A stretch of 64,000 nt of DNA. It comes from a virus (Duplodnaviria > Caudoviricetes). Below the pieces are notes generated by a model. The model did no database searches and was not told the DNA's origin. It saw only the letters and a list, made by a program, of their open reading frames with translations. The stretch lies in the IMG/VR virus record IMGVR_UViG_3300024269_004845; one strand, written 5' to 3'. Every line of letters begins with the position of its first letter. Position 1 is the stretch's first letter. The position numbers and the translations under genes were made by a program. Shown piece by piece: positions 58,116 to 64,000 of the stretch.

Positions 58116-60095
58116 GTGGATAATAAATATTACAGAGATTGCGAATCTATTAAATCCAAGTATCGAGACGCTCAAAGAGTTTTTAATAAGAAAAAAACCC
58201 TTGATGGATTTCAGTACGTAGAAGATATATCGATGCAAAATTTAAATCGAATTAGAAAGATGTTGAAATCTAAAGTCAAAGGTGAAACTGCTAGATTTTT
58301 ACAAGATTATAGGGTTCGATTTGAAGAATTGTTATATGATTCTAGATATGAATATCTAAACATATTGAATGAAAATTATCATTGTAATATAGAAATTAAT
58401 TCTTATCTCAAAAAACATAGAGATGTCTTAGAAAAAGAACAATTGGTTACGGTGGTTGCCGATGAGGGATTGATTAATAATGTTTTCCAAAACATCATTA
58501 AAGAACTTATTCCTGCTCATCCAAAGGATGAATATAAAGCAGCAAGAACCATTAAAAGACATTTTGTTATTCATTGTGGAGGAACCAATACTGGGAAAAC
58601 GTATAACGCGATACAGGCATTAAAAAATGCTGGGAGTGGAGTTTATTTGGCTCCTCTAAGATTGCTTGCATTAGAAATATTTCAAACCCTTAATCAAGCA
58701 GCCGTGCCTTGTACATTAAGTACAGGAGAAGAAGATATAGTTGTTCCCAATGCAAAACATATTTCATCTACCATTGAAAAATTAAATGCGGATAGAGAAT
58801 ATGATGTAGCCGTTATTGATGAGGCTCAAATGATGTCTGATATTCAAAGAGGAAATGCCTGGACTCGTGCTATATTGGCTGTAAAAGCAAAAGAAGTGCA
58901 TGTCTGTTGTTCTAAAAACGCAAATCCTTTGTTAATAAAATTAATTACTGATTGTGGTGATACTTATGAGGTCCACGAATATCAGAGAAATACTCCTCTA
59001 AATATAGATGAAAGACGATTTATTTTTCCTGATAGTGTAGAAGCTGGAGATGCCTTAGTTGTATTTTCTAAAAAAATGGTTCTTCGAGTAGCAGGTATTT
59101 TAACATCTAAAGGTCATAAAGTCAGTGTTCTTTATGGCAACTTACCTCCTGAAACGAGAAGAAAACAGATGCAATTATTTATTGACAAACAGACAGAAAT
59201 TGTTGTAACTACGGATGTAATTGGTATGGGGTTGAATTTGCCTATTAAAAGGGTTGTTTTCTTAGAGACATCTAAGTATGACGGTCAAGACTATCACACG
59301 GATTGGGATTATAATTCTTCAGATGGGCATTATTTACATAAAAGAACAAATGGACGACGTATTTTATATGATAGTGAAATTAAACAGATTGCTGGGAGAG
59401 CTGGCCGAAAAAATATTTTTGATGAGGGTTTAGTGAATAGTTTCAGAGATAAATCTATAATTAAGCGTGGTTTGAGTAACGAATTAGAGGATTTAACAGA
59501 GGCTTATACTACACCTGCTGACGAATATATTTTGTCTTTCCCTATTGGAACATTAAAAGAAAGATTGGTTGCTTGGTTGCGGTCCGACGATACTTTGTCT
59601 TATATTAAAAAGGCAAATATTGATGAACCTTTGACATTACTTGATATGCTTGAAAATTGGGAATTTGATTTATCTATAGATGAAAAATATCGTTTAATGT
59701 TTATTCCATTTGATAGCAAAAAAGTAGAACTAGTAAATCTTTGGAAATCTTTCATCGTTGAATATGTAGAAGGGAAAGAAATTCATTTTCCTGAAACGCC
59801 TATGGTTGAAACTTTAGATTCTTTAGAAATGTATTATCGGGAATTAGATTTATATTATTCATTCTGCAAAGAAATGCAAAAGAATTGTAATGCAGAAGAA
59901 ACTATGATTGTGAAGGCAGAAACTTCTGAAAAAATACATGCTATTCTGAGAAGTCAGATGAAGAATATGAAAAACAAATGCAAGATTTGTGGGAAAGATT
60001 TGCCTTGGGATTTTCCATTTAATATGTGTGAAGATTGCTATGAAAATAAATTTTATGGTCACAAACCACAATCTAAGAGAAAAAGAAGGAAATAA
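58116..60095 (+). CDS. SUV3-like SF2 RNA/DNA helicase
   Basis: GGTNTGKT, APLRLLA, IDEAQ, YGNLPPE, TDVIGMGLN, QIAGRAGR; C-terminal CxxC..CxxC. Confidence 0.9.
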   Translation: MDNKYYRDCESIKSKYRDAQRVFNKKKTLDGFQYVEDISMQNLNRIRKMLKSKVKGETARFLQDYRVRFEELLYDSRYEYLNILNENYHCNIEINSYLKKHRDVLEKEQLVTVVADEGLINNVFQNIIKELIPAHPKDEYKAARTIKRHFVIHCGGTNTGKTYNAIQALKNAGSGVYLAPLRLLALEIFQTLNQAAVPCTLSTGEEDIVVPNAKHISSTIEKLNADREYDVAVIDEAQMMSDIQRGNAWTRAILAVKAKEVHVCCSKNANPLLIKLITDCGDTYEVHEYQRNTPLNIDERRFIFPDSVEAGDALVVFSKKMVLRVAGILTSKGHKVSVLYGNLPPETRRKQMQLFIDKQTEIVVTTDVIGMGLNLPIKRVVFLETSKYDGQDYHTDWDYNSSDGHYLHKRTNGRRILYDSEIKQIAGRAGRKNIFDEGLVNSFRDKSIIKRGLSNELEDLTEAYTTPADEYILSFPIGTLKERLVAWLRSDDTLSYIKKANIDEPLTLLDMLENWEFDLSIDEKYRLMFIPFDSKKVELVNLWKSFIVEYVEGKEIHFPETPMVETLDSLEMYYRELDLYYSFCKEMQKNCNAEETMIVKAETSEKIHAILRSQMKNMKNKCKICGKDLPWDFPFNMCEDCYENKFYGHKPQSKRKRRK

Positions 60096-60271
60096 TAACT
60101 AAAAAGCGAGGCTTTCTCGGCCTCGCTTTTATTAATTTTTTGAGATTGTTATATTTTTAGTTAATATAATAAATGCATAAAATATATTAGAGAAAAAATT
60201 TTAAATTTCTCTTGATTAATTTTATGAAATATGTTATAATGTATTTAAATTCTAAGAAGGAGGGCAATAGT

Positions 60272-60985
60272 ATGAAAAATATTAATTTTGAAAAAGATTT
60301 TAATAGTAGTGAAGAACAACAGTATATTAAATCATATATGTTTATTAAGGGTTATGCAATTGCAAAGAACCTTAAGCAGACTTTGATTGCCCTGGCTTTT
60401 GCTCGGAAGTTGCATGATGGACAGTACAGAAAGGATGGTTATCCTTACATTATTCATCCACTAAAAGTTTGTAGCACTCTAATTAATTATGGTGTCGATG
60501 ATGATGCTGTTTTGGCAGCTGCATTGCTTCATGATGTATTAGAGGATTGCCAGGATAAGCTTCCAATGGGTGGTAAAGAATTTATTAGTGAATATCATCT
60601 AAGTTCTGAAGTCTTTGAAATCGTAAAACTATTAACTAAAAAGCACGGTGCATCTCAAGAAGAACTTGCAGTTTATTTTGAGGCTATTAAAGAGAATCCA
60701 AAAGCTTTGTTGGTAAAATTGAGCGATAGGCTTCATAATAGTGGTACCCTTTATACTTTTTCCATTTCAAAGATTCATGAATATACTGCAGAAACTGCAA
60801 ATTTTATTATTCCTATGGCATCTTATGGTAAATGTTATTATCCTGAATATACAAATGTATTTTCTATACTGAAAAGTAACATTTATTCGTTGAACCATAC
60901 TATGGAAATTATGCTTCAGAAATTTGAAGAACATGAATCTGAGCTACAAAAAGAAATCGATAATTTAAAAAATAAAGAAAATTAA
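60272..60985 (+). CDS. HD-domain (p)ppGpp hydrolase-like protein (SAH/Mesh1 type)
   Basis: HDGQYRKDG.PYIIHP, AALLHDVLED, VKLSDRLHN. Confidence 0.88.
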   Translation: MKNINFEKDFNSSEEQQYIKSYMFIKGYAIAKNLKQTLIALAFARKLHDGQYRKDGYPYIIHPLKVCSTLINYGVDDDAVLAAALLHDVLEDCQDKLPMGGKEFISEYHLSSEVFEIVKLLTKKHGASQEELAVYFEAIKENPKALLVKLSDRLHNSGTLYTFSISKIHEYTAETANFIIPMASYGKCYYPEYTNVFSILKSNIYSLNHTMEIMLQKFEEHESELQKEIDNLKNKEN

Positions 60986-60998
60986 CGGAGGATTTGTT

Positions 60999-62063
60999 AT
61001 GAATTTTTTGGCGAAAAGAGATATGGAACAGTTGAATTTAGAAAATATGGATGATGCTCGTAAAAACGAAATTATGAGTATTAAAAATTCCATTGTTTTA
61101 AGTTATGATACTACTTTGGATTTTGCTAGTAGTGCAAGTAAGAATTTGACAGAATTCTCCAGTGATTTGTTAAAGAGTATGAAAATTAAGGATACTCCTG
61201 AAGTAGAGGGGTTAATTAATGAACTAATGGCTGGCTTAGAAAAAGTAGATGTAACTACACTTACTGAAACTAAGCCTTCCTTCTTTAAGAAACTTTTTAA
61301 AGTTGATGAATTAAAGCAGTTTATCATTCGTTATGAAGATGTTGAAGGAGTAATTGATGTAGTTAAAGAAAAATTGGAAGGCGCTAATTTCCAATTAAAG
61401 AAAGATATTGAGGTTTGTAATCGATATCTTGAGCAGAATCTTGCATACATCAATGAACTTGATAATTACATTATGGCTGGCGGATTAAAGCTTAGGGATG
61501 AACAGGCGGCCTTAAATGCTGATAAAGCTACTATCGACCAATCTGATATGTTGGCGGTTCATAATCTCAATGCTCGCCAGAATGAAATTGACCGTTTTGA
61601 AAGAAAACTTCATAATTTGATGCTTATGCGCAGTATTGCTATTCAAAACATCCCTCAGATTATGTTAATTAAAGATGGAGATGGAGTACTTATTGAGAAA
61701 ATTGAATCTTCTATTAATTCTGCTATTCCTCTTTGGGAATCTCAGATGGTAATTGCTATCCAATTAATGCGTCAAAAAGGTGCTCTTGCCATTCAGCGTA
61801 GTGTAACGAATACCACTAACAATTTAATCGCTAAGAATGGCGAGCTTCTGAAGTCTGGTAGTATTGAGGTAGCTAAGGAATTGGAAGCGGGTATTGTTGA
61901 TGTCGAAGTTCTTAAAAAGAACAGTGAAAATTTAATTGCTACACTAAATGCTATTAAAAGTATTAGGGAAGATGGCAAGCAGGCGCGGTTAGCAGCAACT
62001 AAGGAGCTTGGAATGCTTCAGATGAAATTAAATGAACAGATGTTGCTTGAAAGCGGAAACTAA
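60999..62063 (+). CDS. toxic anion resistance protein TelA family
   Basis: FFKKLF, IPQI.LI, SAIPLW, TN.LI.KN.E.LK. Confidence 0.88.
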   Translation: MNFLAKRDMEQLNLENMDDARKNEIMSIKNSIVLSYDTTLDFASSASKNLTEFSSDLLKSMKIKDTPEVEGLINELMAGLEKVDVTTLTETKPSFFKKLFKVDELKQFIIRYEDVEGVIDVVKEKLEGANFQLKKDIEVCNRYLEQNLAYINELDNYIMAGGLKLRDEQAALNADKATIDQSDMLAVHNLNARQNEIDRFERKLHNLMLMRSIAIQNIPQIMLIKDGDGVLIEKIESSINSAIPLWESQMVIAIQLMRQKGALAIQRSVTNTTNNLIAKNGELLKSGSIEVAKELEAGIVDVEVLKKNSENLIATLNAIKSIREDGKQARLAATKELGMLQMKLNEQMLLESGN

Positions 62064-62085
62064 ATTTAGAAAGGAGTAGAGTATT

Positions 62086-63021
62086 TTGATTGTTTGGGAT
62101 AGAGACTCTCAATATAAAACAAAACTTTCTCCTGAGGAAAGAGAAGATATTGCACTAAATATTTCTACTCCAAGGAGTATTAAAAAGGTCCAAAAGTTAA
62201 ACAATGTTATTAATTTTATTGTGCCTATTTTTGTATTTTGGATTTTTGGTTTTAATTTGATTGCTTTCGCTATTTCTTTTATTGTTTTTGATATTATTCT
62301 TTGTTTTGTTGACCAAATGACATATGTGATTTTGCCTTATCATAGAAGTAAAAATATGTCTTTGGATGCGGTTCAAAAAAGAATAGATGAATTAAAAAAG
62401 GAAAAAGATAAGATTTCTAAAGATTTAACCGAATTTAGGAAAACAGAATGTAGGGAATGCCGATATCATTACTATGATAACTGTACCGATTGCAAAGATG
62501 TAAGATTGGCAGTGTCTGAAATTCGTACATTAAATCAGTTTATTAAATCAGAAGAGGCTTATTTAAACAAAGAGCTAGAAAAAATCAAAGAAAAAGAAGT
62601 AGAAGCAAACAATAAAACGAGCAAAGATTATTCTGACAAAAAACAATATTTGATTGATATTAGGGATAAATTAAAATATTATAAGACAAAAAAAAATATG
62701 GAATTTTTGGCGCCTATTTTAAAGTCTATTAAAGTTTTGATTTCGACTTTGGAGAAGAAACCAATTGGATATACTTTGGTTTCTAATACTTTGTATATTT
62801 ATCTTGATGAATTACAAAAAATATTAGAAAAATTAATATCTTTAGATGATGAGAAGAAGGAAATTTATTTAAGAGATATTGAAAAAATATCCATTGCATT
62901 AAGCGAAAATATAAACAACTTGATTAATCGTATATCTAAGTTGGAAACTGAAGATATTGAAGTCAGTATCACTGTTTTATTAAATGAATTAAATAGAGAA
63001 GGAGAAGAAAAGAATGTTTAA
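62086..63021 (+). CDS. membrane-anchored coiled-coil protein, possibly XpaC-like
   Basis: two TM segments, coiled coil, C-terminal DIEVSITVL; adjacent to TelA. Confidence 0.5.
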   Translation: MIVWDRDSQYKTKLSPEEREDIALNISTPRSIKKVQKLNNVINFIVPIFVFWIFGFNLIAFAISFIVFDIILCFVDQMTYVILPYHRSKNMSLDAVQKRIDELKKEKDKISKDLTEFRKTECRECRYHYYDNCTDCKDVRLAVSEIRTLNQFIKSEEAYLNKELEKIKEKEVEANNKTSKDYSDKKQYLIDIRDKLKYYKTKKNMEFLAPILKSIKVLISTLEKKPIGYTLVSNTLYIYLDELQKILEKLISLDDEKKEIYLRDIEKISIALSENINNLINRISKLETEDIEVSITVLLNELNREGEEKNV

Positions 63022-63952
63022 AGGACGAATCGGTATATGGATTAGTGTTCTTCTTTGTTGTTCTTTAATTACTGGATTAATTAAATGGGTACCTACTTGG
63101 TTCCAAGAATATGAAACAACCATTTCTATTGAAATTGATAAGGATGGAGATTTTAACGAACAAATATCTGACAAGCTTTTTGGGGATTTTAAAATGAGAA
63201 CCAGAAATTCTGGCGGGGATATTATTATTAGTGATAAGGGTAAAGATTTTGACGGCTATACAAAATATGAAAATATGCTGTATTCCCCTATTGTTATGTA
63301 TGTTGTAGCAGATATTTATGACCATCCCGATGGGTTTATTAAGGTTTCTAATAATTCCAACGCTTTTAAGGCTGACCTTTACAGTATTTTGGTAGGAATT
63401 GAAGACGGCAAAGAATGGAAGGACCTTGGAGTAAGTAATAAAATTGCAAAGGGTCCAGTAACCCTTTATATTCCAAATGAACAAAGTGGATATTATGACG
63501 ATGTAATTGATTTGTTTTATCTAACACTTAATAATGGGAATATTCCTTCAGAGGACGAAAAAGCGAATTTGGCAAATAGAGTTAATAACATCGTTTCTAA
63601 ATGCACTAAAGTTGTAGATATAACTCAGTCGGTTTATGATGAATTTAAAAACCCATCTACCAATCACAAGATATTTATTGGTCCCGAATTTTTATATCAG
63701 AGAGGTTCTGAAAGCTCTATGAGCAGAAATTATGACGATTCTTTTCAAATTGTCTATTTAACGAAGACCATTACTTTATACGCTGATATGTTTATTAAGG
63801 ACATGCAGACTGAGGAAGAAATAGATACTAGTTCGTTTATCGATGAAATTCAAGAAAACGGTAAATTTATGGATGTTACTGGTTGGAGAGTGCAGGATTC
63901 TACCTTTGATGTATCTGGTATAAGCTATGTTTATATAAAAGAACCGAATTAA
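63014..63952 (+). CDS. exported solute-binding-like protein
   Basis: N-terminal TM, YSPIVM...W.DLG...P...SG pattern. Confidence 0.5.
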   Translation: MFKGRIGIWISVLLCCSLITGLIKWVPTWFQEYETTISIEIDKDGDFNEQISDKLFGDFKMRTRNSGGDIIISDKGKDFDGYTKYENMLYSPIVMYVVADIYDHPDGFIKVSNNSNAFKADLYSILVGIEDGKEWKDLGVSNKIAKGPVTLYIPNEQSGYYDDVIDLFYLTLNNGNIPSEDEKANLANRVNNIVSKCTKVVDITQSVYDEFKNPSTNHKIFIGPEFLYQRGSESSMSRNYDDSFQIVYLTKTITLYADMFIKDMQTEEEIDTSSFIDEIQENGKFMDVTGWRVQDSTFDVSGISYVYIKEPN

Positions 63953-64000
63953 AAAGGAAAAACTCGCTTCTTGGGAAGCGAGTTTTTTGTTGCTTAATAG

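Noticed and set aside
5828-63484. Antisense or nested ORFs inside recognised genes (e.g. 14180-14641, 20198-20863, 21571-21984, 31866-32264, 47261-47629)
   Set aside because: Shadow frames of well-supported genes with no motifs or SD
1-64000. Stop-codon reassignment suggested by the TTA tRNA-like gene and the CTAGT loop of the nested element
   Set aside because: Conserved genes are full length in code 11 and neither loop has canonical 7-nt, U33 geometry
1-64000. CRISPR array, rRNA, integrase or intact transposase
   Set aside because: No regularly spaced direct repeats or corresponding motifs seen

Overview
AT-rich 64 kb segment that looks like the accessory/host-takeover region of a jumbo phage or other giant extrachromosomal element of a Bacillota (Clostridia-like) host. 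That assignment is inference: Firmicutes-type SD sequences, repeated TTGACT-N17-TATAAT promoters with an extended TG, a sortase substrate, no virion genes and no core ribosomal operons. Contents: an NAD module (NrtR, PncA, PRS-like, NadE, NAMPT-like) split by a type III R-M pair whose mod gene is frameshifted at an A8 tract; IF3, SSB, LigA, 5'-3' exonuclease, Ogg1, CCA-adding enzyme, RNase Z-like protein, SUV3-like helicase, a RelA/SpoT-type synthetase and an HD hydrolase, TelA, and many lipoproteins. The most unusual part is the minus-strand tRNA array (23030-28029), with 16 tRNA or tRNA-like genes dominated by Ser, Leu and Tyr. (i) An unannotated Tyr-rich mini-ORF (MYRYYQYI*) overlaps a hairpin whose loop region is a perfect 14-nt complement of the 5' leader and first 4 nt of the next tRNA-Tyr: a candidate ribosome-controlled tRNA-maturation switch. 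(ii) A 32-aa leader ORF upstream of the array, followed by a terminator, has codons mirroring the array's anticodons. (iii) A tRNA-Thr(TGT) has its anticodon interrupted by a complete 66-nt CCA-ending mini-tRNA. (iv) Further aberrant tRNAs and several structured spacer RNAs are present. Together these suggest a tRNA-depletion-sensing tRNA resupply system. All functional claims are hypotheses from manual reading; no searches or folding programs were run.
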